A DNA stretch of 64,000 nt from an uncultured virus (IMG/VR IMGVR_UViG_3300032030_000042) (lineage: Duplodnaviria > Heunggongvirae > Uroviricota > Caudoviricetes): IMG/VR virus record IMGVR_UViG_3300032030_000042, one strand, 5' to 3'. A program made the translations under genes and the position numbers. The notes under the pieces were generated by a model. That model worked only from the letters and a program-made list of their open reading frames with translations. It did no database searches and was not told where the DNA came from. Positions 20,900-31,107 of this stretch are shown here, in pieces; the stretch's first letter is position 1, and the number at the start of each line of letters is the position of its first letter.

Positions 20900-21571
20900 T
20901 CATAAACCACTTCTCTTTAGAATTTCTTCTGCAATATTGCACGCCCTAATAGTTATTTCTTTATCACTACCATGTATAATTCCTGTAGAAAGTAATTGGC
21001 AAACTATATCTTTTGCAATAAAGGATTTTTGCATTTTCCTTTTAAGCATTAAATCATTTGCAACACTTTTTTCTTCAACGTTTCCGTTACCCTTATTCTT
21101 CTCTTTAAGAATTGCCTTACATTCTTCTTTGGAAGGCAAAAGATTTTTGGAACGCAATTGATATATCTTTGAACTTATTGCAGTAGTTTTGACACCGATC
21201 TTTTTAGCAATTTCATCGGAAGTGTAACCATCCATCACCATTCTAATAATATCCTCAACCTGCTTATCGGTGAATCTATTTCCTTTCTTTGGTGCTGGTA
21301 AAACTAATTCGGAAAGTTCTTTGAGAAAAGTTTGAAATTCGTCAACAGTTATTTGTTTACGCTTAGAAATAATATGCTTACCAAATGGAGTTTCTTTCCC
21401 TTCGCAGTGTAATGTAAAAATATTAGTTTTGCTTTTCTGGACAAAATAAACTTTTGAAGAATTTTCTCCAATAAGATTCATAGGATTTCTAACACCCTTT
21501 TGCTCAATTTTAGAACAAATTCTTGGTCCTATAACATTATGTCCAAGGAAGAAAAAATCTGTTATCTCCAT
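20900..21571 (-). CDS. HTH-containing protein
   Basis: FTDKQ..IIRMVMDGYTSDEIAKKIGVKTTAISSKIYQLR. Confidence 0.7.
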   Translation of the reverse strand: MEITDFFFLGHNVIGPRICSKIEQKGVRNPMNLIGENSSKVYFVQKSKTNIFTLHCEGKETPFGKHIISKRKQITVDEFQTFLKELSELVLPAPKKGNRFTDKQVEDIIRMVMDGYTSDEIAKKIGVKTTAISSKIYQLRSKNLLPSKEECKAILKEKNKGNGNVEEKSVANDLMLKRKMQKSFIAKDIVCQLLSTGIIHGSDKEITIRACNIAEEILKRSGL

Positions 21572-21600
21572 AACCAGTTTTAATTTACAATTTTTATTAG

Positions 21601-21671
21601 TTGTCCTATGAGGATTCGAACCTCAACTAACAGAACCAAAATCTGGTGTGCTACCATTACACCATAGGACA
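21601..21671 (-). tRNA. tRNA-Gln(TTG)
   Basis: TGTCCTATGGTGTAATGG...CAGA-TTTTGGT-TCTG...GGTTCGAATCC; CCA not encoded. Confidence 0.92.
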
Positions 21672-21677
21672 TTTTTG

Positions 21678-21750
21678 TCGGGCAGAGAGGACTCGAACCT
21701 CCGACCCCTTGCTCCCAAAGCAAGTGCGCTACCAACTGCGCCACTGCCCG
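21678..21750 (-). tRNA. tRNA-Pro(TGG)
   Basis: CGGGCAGTGGCGCAGTTGG...CTTGC-TTTGGGA-GCAAG...GGTTCGAGTCC. Confidence 0.95.
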
Positions 21751-21751
21751 A

Positions 21752-21887
21752 TAAAGACACCGATACACACGTGAGTTTCCCATACCACCTCACGTTCCTT
21801 CGATACACATCCTCAAATTATGGTTTTGAGTAGTAACCATTTTCCCGCTAACCGCTGATGCATACAGCGTCCCTCTCGATGCCTTTA
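21752..21887 (-). ncRNA. candidate structured ncRNA between tRNA-Leu and tRNA-Pro
   Basis: terminal stem AAAGGCAUCGA/UCGGUGUCUUU encloses three hairpins. Confidence 0.55.
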
Positions 21888-21919
21888 ACTTACTACTATT
21901 TCAAATTACTCTTATTTTG

Positions 21920-22002
21920 TACTCCGGACGAGACTTGAACTCGTACGCCCTTACGGGCAAGGGATTTTAAGTCCCTCGTGTCTGCCATTCCACCACCAGA
22001 GC
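21920..22002 (-). tRNA. tRNA-Leu(TAA)
   Basis: GCTCTGGTGGTGGAATGGCAGACAC-AGGGA-CTTAAAA-TCCCT, long variable arm, GTTCAAGTC. Confidence 0.95.
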
Positions 22003-22014
22003 AACCATTAAATA

Positions 22015-22643
22015 TTAACCCTTATTATGTTTAACTTTGGCGTCCTTTTTAGGATGAAACTTTTTCAAAGGACACATTTTGAAGTTACAACCCTCACCAT
22101 TTCTTAACTTACAACTTTGATAAGTAGTTTCATCTTTCTTAATATATGTAACCTCCTTGCACCTTGGACTAAATTTATTGAATAATAACGCAAGTTTGCG
22201 TATATCAATGTCAGCCGTTTTATTGCGTGAAGTTCTCATATTTTACAATTTTCTGAGTTCATTACAACGTAAATAACTTTGTTAACCATATTTTCAAAGT
22301 CATTTTCATAACAAGGCTTGAATAAAGAATTAGTTTTATTCAGAAACGATGCACAGTCTATAATAGAATAAATATTACACATGATGTGCTCAAACTCATC
22401 TGCTTCCTCAGGCTTGAGTAATTTGATATATTCAGCTAGTTTTTCCATTTGCTCGCTCGTGTAATGATTTACTTCAGTAGTAGTTTCCTCACAATCGTCA
22501 AAATCGTCACTATCCACAGTATTTACATCGTAACAATTACATAGACCATTATTATAATAATCATAATATAAACGACTGCTAATTCTAAGAACTTCACCAT
22601 GGTATGTATCAGCATTACCAACTGGCGGTACTAACTCTTCCAA
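22015..22643 (-). CDS. two small hypothetical ORFs (22015-22239 Cys-rich; 22236-22643)
   Basis: overlapping start/stop; 22236-22643 has the phage-typical GEVLR..SRLYYDYYNNG. Confidence 0.6.
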
Positions 22644-23134
22644 AGTCGGTCATATTCTTCTTGATATTTTCCGGTATGATTCCAATATGACTCAGACTTA
22701 GCAAACTCGTATGGGATTACCAAATTAGCAGGCAATGAGCATTCCTCTTCAGGTTTAACAAAATCTACAGCCGTCCAAAAGATACGACGCACCTCACGCA
22801 TACTCCATCCGGCAATTCCTGTTCCTATTTTAGTAAGGTAAAAAATCTTATCTTGATTTTGCTCTACATAACTTACAAAATCAAGTAAACTTTTAAGCAA
22901 ATCAACAGGACTCACCTTAAAACCATCGGGTGTCATAGTAGGTATTGCGTAGGACTGTCCTTGCATACCTACTGCCTGACCCATTACCGCACCAAAACTC
23001 TCAAACGCTACTGCGGCTGCTCCACCTGCGTGCTTTCCTTCAGTATTACTACCGAAAACAAAGACTTCATTACTTTCCAATTTTTTCAGGTTCTCTGGCG
23101 TATAATTGTAACGCTTGTTAAATTTTTGCTCCAT
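22631..23134 (-). CDS. macrodomain-like phage protein (A1S_2505-type)
   Basis: EVFVFGSN.EG.HAGGAA...G.QGQSYAIPT...FYLTKIGTGIAG. Confidence 0.7.
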   Translation of the reverse strand: MEQKFNKRYNYTPENLKKLESNEVFVFGSNTEGKHAGGAAAVAFESFGAVMGQAVGMQGQSYAIPTMTPDGFKVSPVDLLKSLLDFVSYVEQNQDKIFYLTKIGTGIAGWSMREVRRIFWTAVDFVKPEEECSLPANLVIPYEFAKSESYWNHTGKYQEEYDRLWKS

Positions 23135-23160
23135 TTTGTTTAAATATTAAAGATTAATTA

Positions 23161-24651
23161 TTATTTTCTTGCTTTAAAATCCTGGATAAAACCAAGGTGA
23201 TGCTTTGCCCTTGTGAACGCTACATAAACGAGATTCTTTTCCTGCTCAGCCATCCAGGGCACTTTCATACAATGCTTCAAATAAAGTTTATCTTCACAAA
23301 TGATGAATACCCTATCGCTCTCTAGCCCCTTACTCTTATGAATAGTACTGAGGCAAATGCCGTTCTTGGAATCATTGTTAAAAATACCCTCAATACGATT
23401 AATAACGTCGTCGGCAAGGTCAAGTCCCTCAGAAAGTATTTCTATGGCGTTCAACTTATCGAGATACGACTGATATACGTCGTTATCTTTTGCCTCCTCA
23501 GCGGTGCAATGCTGATGCGCTACAATTTTATTAAGTATCTTTTCGGCTTCGTGATTAAGACGCTCTATGACTTGCGGCATACGCTTTTTATTGGTTTTCT
23601 TAATCATGTTAATAAGATTCATTCCAATGTCCTTGCCTTTAACATACGCCTTAACACCACTGGCGATATATTTCATACAAAGGTCAATCAGTGGCGCAGT
23701 AACACGGCAAAGTATCATGTCGCCATCCTTAACATCTTCCATTTTAGCGTTATGGTCAATGACGCCATCAGGAGCATTATCACGCCAGGTGATTTGCGGA
23801 ACTATGGTTTGCGCTAATTCTATTATAGTCTTATCGCAACGATAACAAACACTCAACGGAAGTTTAGCAGTATGCGGTATGGATTTCAAAAGATTAAAAC
23901 TTTCAACGTCCGCTCCACTAAATCCGTATATTGCTTGCCTTGGGTCACCAACCGCTATAAAGCGACCTCCTGGCTTAACACACTTCAAAAATAATTCCCT
24001 TTGGGCTGCATTAAGGTCTTGGCACTCGTCAATAAATACCCAATCATATTGCGGGCAGTTCATACGTTTTACGTTAGGAAAGTAAATCTGGTCGGTATAG
24101 TCGATAACGGCTGTGTTTTGCTCACCCCAGAATATTCCGTTTATAGCATGCTTGACTTCATTATCTATAATATCTAAGCAATGCTTTTCAGCAAGGTTCA
24201 TAAGACCATCAAACGTTCTTACAAGATTCACCCTACCTAACTGGATAAGGCGGTTGATATTATCCTTCCAAGTAGGATACTCCTCTGACTCAAGATTACG
24301 GCTTGGCTGAATCATACCTGATTGAATTTTATCATTTATCCATACTTTGTATTTAGTATCATCCAACTGTACGTTTTTATACGCAGTACGAACGATTTTA
24401 AAACCAAGACTATTTAGCGTTCTAATATCAACGTTTGGAATATTACCGATTTTAATCTTTAACTCCTCAACAATTGATGCGTTGAACGCAAGAAACAAAA
24501 CGCTTTTTGAAGCAGGGATTAACTTCAGGGCATTCACAATAGTCGTACTTTTACCGCTACCAGCAACGGCATCTATCACAGCGTTGCCTTTACCCTTTTG
24601 AATGTAAGTATAAACTGCCTTTTGATACTTACTTGGTACAAAATTTGCCAT
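23161..24651 (-). CDS. SF1 UvrD/Rep-like helicase, paralogue A
   Basis: AVAGSGKST, IDECQD, VGDPRQAIYGF, TIHKSKGLE, NLVYVAFTRAK. Confidence 0.92.
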   Translation of the reverse strand: MANFVPSKYQKAVYTYIQKGKGNAVIDAVAGSGKSTTIVNALKLIPASKSVLFLAFNASIVEELKIKIGNIPNVDIRTLNSLGFKIVRTAYKNVQLDDTKYKVWINDKIQSGMIQPSRNLESEEYPTWKDNINRLIQLGRVNLVRTFDGLMNLAEKHCLDIIDNEVKHAINGIFWGEQNTAVIDYTDQIYFPNVKRMNCPQYDWVFIDECQDLNAAQRELFLKCVKPGGRFIAVGDPRQAIYGFSGADVESFNLLKSIPHTAKLPLSVCYRCDKTIIELAQTIVPQITWRDNAPDGVIDHNAKMEDVKDGDMILCRVTAPLIDLCMKYIASGVKAYVKGKDIGMNLINMIKKTNKKRMPQVIERLNHEAEKILNKIVAHQHCTAEEAKDNDVYQSYLDKLNAIEILSEGLDLADDVINRIEGIFNNDSKNGICLSTIHKSKGLESDRVFIICEDKLYLKHCMKVPWMAEQEKNLVYVAFTRAKHHLGFIQDFKARK

Positions 24652-24659
24652 TTTTATTA

Positions 24660-24810
24660 ATCTCCATTTTTAATTTACAATTTTTATTTACAATTAGATA
24701 CGAAAGTTTTTTTATAAATTTTACCAACCTATCTACGACGCTAAATTACTAAATATTTTCCAAATAAAAAGAAAAATCTTCGTTTTTACCGAAAATTTTT
24801 TTTGCACCAT
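24660..24810 (-). repeat. conserved intergenic element copy 3
   Basis: same core; shares CTACGACGCTAAATTACTAAA and CGTTTTTACCGAAAATTTTTTT..ACCATAAAAAA with copy 4. Confidence 0.85.
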
Positions 24811-24846
24811 AAAAAAAAATAGGGCAAAACCTTTCAGCCTTGCCCC
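24811..24846 (-). terminator. intrinsic terminator between the helicase paralogues
   Basis: AGGGCAA/TTGCCCT-type stem with U9 on the minus strand. Confidence 0.65.
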
Positions 24847-24870
24847 TGGTATAAATGAGAAACTTGCTTA

Positions 24871-26343
24871 TTAATAAACTTTGCGCATTAAATCATAAAG
24901 AAACATATCATTCATTACATATACCAACTCACGTTTCGCTCTTGTTACCGCCACATAATATAAATTACGTTCCTGCTCAAACTCCCAAGGCTGAGTAGCA
25001 AATTTGCTTGGTATTAATTCAGGGCATAAAAAGAATATACGCTCATTTTCTAATCCCTTTGCTTTATGTATAGTAGTAAGTATAATTCCTGTAACGTCGT
25101 CAGAAAATATACTATCAATTAAACGCTTTAACTCTTCTACATCTTTCACTTCACTTGCAAGCGTTTCTATAACGTAAAATTTTTGTCTAAACAAATCCAT
25201 TTTAGGATGCTTTTGCGGTTTTGATACTCCTTTATCCCTCAATTTATTTTCCAAGGCTTCACACTGACGTTCCAATCCAGCCATCATACCGGAAAGCGTA
25301 CTTGCTCCTGTTTTGTTAATCATAGCAATAATCCCTTCCGCTATATCCTTGCCCCTAATTTTTGCCTTGATGTGATTTTTCAATAACCAAAGATAGGTTT
25401 GTATTAAAGGTTTCAAATTTCTACAAACAACCCAGTCGCCATACTTTAATTCAGTCAACGAACCTTGCCGAACTATACCGCTGGGCGAATCAGGATTTGA
25501 TTCTATTTCCGGAACAATATCCTGCACCTCAGCAACAATATTACGAGCGCACCGATAGCAAACACTTAGCGGCATACGAATACTTTTGCCGTTTATCTCC
25601 GACAGACGTTGATAACTATTAGCATCTGCTCCTGCAAATCCATATATTGCTTGCCGTTCATCACCCACTGTAATAATACGTCCATTTCGAGCAATACACC
25701 GCTTTATAAATTCTTGTTGACAAAGTGAAAAATCTTGACTTTCATCGCAAAATACGCAAGCATATTTATCAAACCTAATTGTTGGGTCAACAACTGGGAC
25801 ATAAATCATATCCATGAAGTCAAACTGCTTCTTATCTTTACAAAGTAAATCGAATGCCTGCCGGACGTATTTTACATCTTCCCTATCAATATCTACATTA
25901 TAATAATTAGCGAGTTCTATGATGGTATTTTCATCGTTCTCACACATATTACAACGCATCAGGTCAAGCAGTTTAGGAATTACATAAAAGAAATACCCTT
26001 TCCGCTTCAAAGGTATCTTATTCTTAAGCATCACAACTTCCGCTTTCGCTATACCCTTATTAGGATTCATTTTCACCTTGCCGTAACGACGCAATATACT
26101 ATGCCAACCGCAACTATGGATAGTCATAATCTTAACATCCATCCGCTGCACCCTATTACGCAACTCATCGACAATAGCGTTATTGAAAGCAAGGAACAAC
26201 GTATTCTTATCCTTTGGAACATAATTCAACAATTCCAAAAGAGTTGTAGTCTTACCGCTACCAGCAACGGCAGAAATATTCATATTCTTATTCGTATGCT
26301 GGAAAACAGCGTAAATCCGTTTTTGATACTTTGATGGCGTCAT
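24871..26343 (-). CDS. SF1 UvrD/Rep-like helicase, paralogue B
   Basis: AVAGSGKTT, CDESQD, VGDERQAIYGF, TIHKAKGLE, NLYYVAVTRAK. Confidence 0.92.
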   Translation of the reverse strand: MTPSKYQKRIYAVFQHTNKNMNISAVAGSGKTTTLLELLNYVPKDKNTLFLAFNNAIVDELRNRVQRMDVKIMTIHSCGWHSILRRYGKVKMNPNKGIAKAEVVMLKNKIPLKRKGYFFYVIPKLLDLMRCNMCENDENTIIELANYYNVDIDREDVKYVRQAFDLLCKDKKQFDFMDMIYVPVVDPTIRFDKYACVFCDESQDFSLCQQEFIKRCIARNGRIITVGDERQAIYGFAGADANSYQRLSEINGKSIRMPLSVCYRCARNIVAEVQDIVPEIESNPDSPSGIVRQGSLTELKYGDWVVCRNLKPLIQTYLWLLKNHIKAKIRGKDIAEGIIAMINKTGASTLSGMMAGLERQCEALENKLRDKGVSKPQKHPKMDLFRQKFYVIETLASEVKDVEELKRLIDSIFSDDVTGIILTTIHKAKGLENERIFFLCPELIPSKFATQPWEFEQERNLYYVAVTRAKRELVYVMNDMFLYDLMRKVY

Positions 26344-26684
26344 CGTATCATCTTTGTGCCTTCAGGGGAACTCCACTTATACCACTCCGAATCTTTGTTA
26401 AATTGAAGACGAATTAACATGCCTTCACTCAACGAATTATTCAGACTGGAAATAAACAAGGCGTGGTTAGCATAACCCGCAGCGTTCTTGTTAAGAAAGT
26501 CGGTAATGTTTACACCCTCTAATGTGTTAAAATCAATGCTTTGGGCTGTATTAAAATATCCTTCCTGCCACTTGTAAATTACAAAGAATAAATATTCATC
26601 GCTTTTAGCAGAAGATATTTGTAACACTTCGTATCCTTCGTTAACAATAGATTCAATTGCCTTTTGATATTCATTAAATTTCAT
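26340..26684 (-). CDS. hypothetical protein
   Basis: ATGA-coupled on both sides. Confidence 0.7.
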   Translation of the reverse strand: MKFNEYQKAIESIVNEGYEVLQISSAKSDEYLFFVIYKWQEGYFNTAQSIDFNTLEGVNITDFLNKNAAGYANHALFISSLNNSLSEGMLIRLQFNKDSEWYKWSSPEGTKMIR

Positions 26685-27313
26685 AAGTCACCATTTTCTT
26701 TTGCTTGCTTCAATACCTTTTTGATATGTAGCATAGCATTATTATACTGCGTTGGAGTTATATCCTGATTTTCGTTTAAAAACTCTGTAGCGTGCTGTTG
26801 TAAGATTTTAGAATTACAGATACGACGCTCAACATCGGTGAAGCCTAATGTATCGTATAATAACTCAACGTCATAAACATTAGCACGCTGATGGAATATA
26901 GAATTAGAATTCGTCATAGTTTCGTCTATTTCCTTATCAGTATAGGAATTTATATTGCGTAACTCACGCTGATACTGACGAAAGAAATTACGACTTAACG
27001 ATTTATTAAAGTAGAAATAAAAATTACGACCCTTTTTAGGTTTATACTTTTCAACGCATTTCACAAACACTACATAAGCATCAACTATTAAATCATCCTT
27101 ACTGTATTCGTCTCTTGAAGCAGTGTTGTAAATTAAATTCATATAATTATAGATATTTTTATTCACAATATCTTTCATCATACGAAACAGCAGGTTCTTA
27201 TAACTTTCGACACGTCGTTCATTCTTGCTAAATTTTATTATAGCAATTGCCTTATTCACTAACTTATGGTTAGTATAATAATCTTTAGCAAAATATGTTT
27301 CCTCAATAGTCAT
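26681..27313 (-). CDS. phage sigma-70-like factor 1
   Basis: region-2-like DDLIVDAYVVFVKCVEKYKPKKG.NFYFYF and a region-4-like C-terminus. Confidence 0.65.
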   Translation of the reverse strand: MTIEETYFAKDYYTNHKLVNKAIAIIKFSKNERRVESYKNLLFRMMKDIVNKNIYNYMNLIYNTASRDEYSKDDLIVDAYVVFVKCVEKYKPKKGRNFYFYFNKSLSRNFFRQYQRELRNINSYTDKEIDETMTNSNSIFHQRANVYDVELLYDTLGFTDVERRICNSKILQQHATEFLNENQDITPTQYNNAMLHIKKVLKQAKENGDL

Positions 27314-27654
27314 TAGTTTTTGCTTGCTTCTTTGAAGTTTAATACGGCTTCATTTATCATATGTTCCTTGCGTTCCTTGATATGTTTTTCATAATGTTCG
27401 TGCGAACGTCTTTTTAGCATTTCCCTTTTACTTTCCGCTGACGCACCAGTATATTCACCTATACCAACGTTCTTTTCACCGATAGGTATATTTTCCGATT
27501 CGTTAATTATCGTGCGTTTACAACCACATTTAGGACATTCCTCATGTTCGCTAACTAATCGATGAGCAATTGCTGAATACTTGAAATTATTAGTAAGGTA
27601 TTCATGACGAACTCCATTTTCAGAACAAAGCGGATTATTGCAAATGTATATCAT
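27313..27654 (-). CDS. zinc-ribbon (FmdB-like) protein
   Basis: YIC...C and CPKCG. Confidence 0.6.
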   Translation of the reverse strand: MIYICNNPLCSENGVRHEYLTNNFKYSAIAHRLVSEHEECPKCGCKRTIINESENIPIGEKNVGIGEYTGASAESKREMLKRRSHEHYEKHIKERKEHMINEAVLNFKEASKN

Positions 27655-27655
27655 A

Positions 27656-28153
27656 TTATTTATGTTTTTCTGAAATACGAGCGTATTCTAAAATCAATAA
27701 AGCGTCTGATGTAGCAAGGGTGATTTTGCCTACATTAGGATACAATTGCTGAGCACGTTCACGCAACTTATTTTTCCATTGCGTCGTGCTCATTTTACCC
27801 TTGGTTCCTAATTGAAGTTCCTTTTGCCACTTCTGAGGTGTGACCTCAACAGTCGATATCTTTTTACAAAGCAACGCCATTTCCAATCGCCCAAACCCCT
27901 TACCGAAATTAAACATTGCACTGCCGCCCATCCCTGGAAGTCCTCCGACCTTTTCAAGATAGCAAATGCTATTATTAGCATAACGTGTAAAAACCTCAAG
28001 AATATCTTGAGGCGTTTCAGGCATCTTCATTAAATCAATCACCGCTTCTCTTTCCACTGAATAAACAGCAATACCGCCAGCAGCCCCAGGGTCAATAGCG
28101 ATTATTTTCTTATCTTTTATATATCTAACCCAATTTTCATTCATATATCTCAA
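27656..28153 (-). CDS. ruvC: RuvC-like Holliday junction resolvase
   Basis: IAIDPG..GG, YLEKV, FNFGKGFG, VTPQKWQK, DALLI. Confidence 0.85.
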   Translation of the reverse strand: MRYMNENWVRYIKDKKIIAIDPGAAGGIAVYSVEREAVIDLMKMPETPQDILEVFTRYANNSICYLEKVGGLPGMGGSAMFNFGKGFGRLEMALLCKKISTVEVTPQKWQKELQLGTKGKMSTTQWKNKLRERAQQLYPNVGKITLATSDALLILEYARISEKHK

Positions 28154-28165
28154 ATTTATATATTA

Positions 28166-30034
28166 TTAACTTTGTACATCTACAAATTTACTTACTCCGT
28201 CAACCTTTACCACTTTCAATACATTTTCACTATTAAACTGGTCAGAAACGTTTTGAGTTATAAACATAACAGTTATTCCAAGTTGATTTAGTATCTTAAT
28301 AATTTTTTCCTGACCTCTTGCGTCGATTTCTGAAAGCGTTTCATCAAGTGCTAGAAAATTTAATCCAAGTCCATTAGTGGACATATTGATTAAATGTTGG
28401 ATTCCTAGAATGCCTGCAAGTTTTACCCTACCTCGCTCACCTCCACTTTTAGCCATATACTGCTCAGCGGTAACTCCGTCGTTCATAACAAACACATCTA
28501 TCTTTTCGCGTATCTCTCCACTCTTCAATACCTTAAATCCGTTAATCAATACTGATATATCTGAACCGAACTTGCGTAAATAAGTATTCGTAATTCCCTC
28601 AATCACTTTTACAGATTTATTAGCCAAGTAAGTCATAAAACCGCTGCGACCCATATTAAATCTCCAAAAATTAATCATATTCAAATCATCAGTAATAACG
28701 TCAATTTTCTTCAACGTCTCATCTATCTGGGCAGTAACTTCCTTAATAGCATTCTTATTTTCCTCAATAAGTTTCTTTGTTTTGTTATTCTCATTAAGTT
28801 CTTTCAATGTACTTTCATAACGCTTAATTAACGTAAGATATTGAGATTTATTATCCTTCAAGTCGGAAATATTTTCTTTTATCCTATCAAGTTCTTTTTC
28901 TTTAAGATACACCGCCTCATTATTTTCCTCCGCTTTCAGTATTTGCTCCGAAATTTTTTTACGCTTTTGCCTATTTTCTTCAATCTTACTACCTAAATCT
29001 TCTATACTACTTTCACAAAACTTTATTGCTTCGCGCATTTCATCTGGAGTCATATCATTGTCTTCGCCGTTAATGAAATGATGACCGCATGACGGACATT
29101 CTACTTCACCCTCCAATAAAGAATTTAAATGACGCAAAGTAGAACGTGTTTCATTTTGCTGTTCTTCTAATGCATCAAATTTCTTTTTCAACTTCTTTTT
29201 ACGCTCCTCAAGTAAATCTGTGTTAGCCAACTCCATGACTTTATATTCTTTTGTTTCTTTATCTAAAAAAACCTTTGCTTCTTTTATATCTTTATCAACC
29301 TCACGCAATTTTAATGTCAACTCAACAATTTTATCCTTACACCGCTTTTCCTCATCTGCGTTATCTGCTTGTTCTAATAGTTTCTGCTGTTGCTCGAGCA
29401 ATATTTCCTTTCTGCCCTCTAACTTATTTACAGTTTCCTGTAAATCGTCATAGACGGCAGTTTTTTCTTTTTTGCGTTCATCAAGTGTATTAAGAATAGG
29501 ATTAATAACATCAGCCGACGTAATTCTATTCAACACTTCCTTTTTATCACCATCACTAGCAGTGAAGAATGTGTATTGATTATCTTGGCTAATTATAAAG
29601 TAACGCAACAAATCCTCCTTGCTTATACCTATCAATTCTATAATACGTTTGTTTGCTTCATTGACCGAAACGATTTGCGTATTTTGTACTTCGTTTTCAT
29701 ATAATTCAACAACCGCAGAACGACCGCTCCTATACCAACGACGATATATAGTCAACGTCTTATTCAACGTAGCATTAGACATAAACAAACGAACACTGCA
29801 TTCATTTTCCTCTCGATTAATAAAACTTTCCTTATTTATATTGCGCAAACTTTCGCCAGTCAGGGCAAGACAAATTCCCTCAAATAAAGTAGTTTTGCCT
29901 GCACCATTATGCTCTAAATTTCGGTCTGTTTCATTCTTACCTAAAATCACAGTACAAACTCCCTGCTGAAATTCGTAAAACGTATCTTTGTGAGAAAATA
30001 AATTCTCAATTTTTATACAATCTAAATTCCACAT
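28166..30034 (-). CDS. sbcC: SbcC/Rad50/gp46-like ATPase
   Basis: NGAGKTT, coiled coil with CPSC zinc hook, SGGE signature, LALDE. Confidence 0.92.
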   Translation of the reverse strand: MWNLDCIKIENLFSHKDTFYEFQQGVCTVILGKNETDRNLEHNGAGKTTLFEGICLALTGESLRNINKESFINREENECSVRLFMSNATLNKTLTIYRRWYRSGRSAVVELYENEVQNTQIVSVNEANKRIIELIGISKEDLLRYFIISQDNQYTFFTASDGDKKEVLNRITSADVINPILNTLDERKKEKTAVYDDLQETVNKLEGRKEILLEQQQKLLEQADNADEEKRCKDKIVELTLKLREVDKDIKEAKVFLDKETKEYKVMELANTDLLEERKKKLKKKFDALEEQQNETRSTLRHLNSLLEGEVECPSCGHHFINGEDNDMTPDEMREAIKFCESSIEDLGSKIEENRQKRKKISEQILKAEENNEAVYLKEKELDRIKENISDLKDNKSQYLTLIKRYESTLKELNENNKTKKLIEENKNAIKEVTAQIDETLKKIDVITDDLNMINFWRFNMGRSGFMTYLANKSVKVIEGITNTYLRKFGSDISVLINGFKVLKSGEIREKIDVFVMNDGVTAEQYMAKSGGERGRVKLAGILGIQHLINMSTNGLGLNFLALDETLSEIDARGQEKIIKILNQLGITVMFITQNVSDQFNSENVLKVVKVDGVSKFVDVQS

Positions 30035-30035
30035 A

Positions 30036-31091
30036 TTACAAAAGTTTAAGAAGTGCTAAACCATAACTCATTTTCTCACCCTTAATACTATTATCAGAAC
30101 AATATTTAATAAAATCCTTGCGAATACTTTTAGCATCAAATTCAAAAACACCCTCATCACTTAACTCCATTGCAGCATATTCTTCTGTCGCCTGGAATTT
30201 ACAATCAATGCCGTATTTACCTTGAATTTCAGCAAGATTAACTTTATTTGCTTCATCCTTTTTGCCCTTAAATATAAAACGAATATGGTCATACGTTTCA
30301 CCGCTATACTTTTCCAATAAGTTCTGCAGCGTTTGCTTATCATTAACATCAAGCGTTTCTACAATATATTTTGGAGACTTTAACGGCACATGCGTAATAC
30401 TACCATCTGTATAAATTAAGGTACAACCCTTATCGACGCTATTTTCTCCAAAGTCATTAGGATAAGCAGAACCAGTATAAATTACATTATCTGCTAATTG
30501 GCTTGCATTATGGTAATGACCAATAAGAACGTTTGTAAAATTAGCAAACATTGATGGCTTAATTGCGGACTCAACTTTACTACCATCATTATTCACAACC
30601 CCATCAAAACCTGAATGAGTGATAAGAATTGTTGGAATGCCTTTACTTTGTAACTTTTTTATCTTACTTTGTACATCTTCCCTATTATATTCCTCTAACC
30701 ACTTATCATCTTTAAAATACGGAATGAATAGAAAACCTATATTGTCTAAACACATCACCTGAGCATGGCGAAACAAGCATATATTCTCCATGCTGGTATA
30801 AATATCAAGATAACTGCGTTCATCGTTGCTATCGGTCTTATCATGATTCCCGGGAATTGTATAAAAAGTAATATCCTCTTCCTGCAACCGCATTATGATT
30901 TCTTTGAAGTCAGTAAGACATTGTAACGGCTGACCTGAACGGGAAGTAAATATGTCACCACCGCAAAAAATATTATTAGTATTATACTTCTTGCAAAGAA
31001 CAATCAATTGCTCAAAAATATCCTTCACTAATTCACCCTTATCTTTATCGAGGTGAATATCATTAACCAGTATTCCAACAATTCTTTTCAT
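30036..31091 (-). CDS. sbcD: SbcD/Mre11/gp47-like nuclease (start likely 31091)
   Basis: DIH, GDIF, GNHD, GHYH, YTGS. Confidence 0.9.
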   Translation of the reverse strand: MKRIVGILVNDIHLDKDKGELVKDIFEQLIVLCKKYNTNNIFCGGDIFTSRSGQPLQCLTDFKEIIMRLQEEDITFYTIPGNHDKTDSNDERSYLDIYTSMENICLFRHAQVMCLDNIGFLFIPYFKDDKWLEEYNREDVQSKIKKLQSKGIPTILITHSGFDGVVNNDGSKVESAIKPSMFANFTNVLIGHYHNASQLADNVIYTGSAYPNDFGENSVDKGCTLIYTDGSITHVPLKSPKYIVETLDVNDKQTLQNLLEKYSGETYDHIRFIFKGKKDEANKVNLAEIQGKYGIDCKFQATEEYAAMELSDEGVFEFDAKSIRKDFIKYCSDNSIKGEKMSYGLALLKLL

Positions 31092-31107
31092 ATTATAAAT
31101 AACGCTG

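Noticed and set aside
21580..21833. Short ORFs 21580-21783, 21623-21808 and 21648-21833
   Set aside because: They overlap tRNA-Gln and tRNA-Pro
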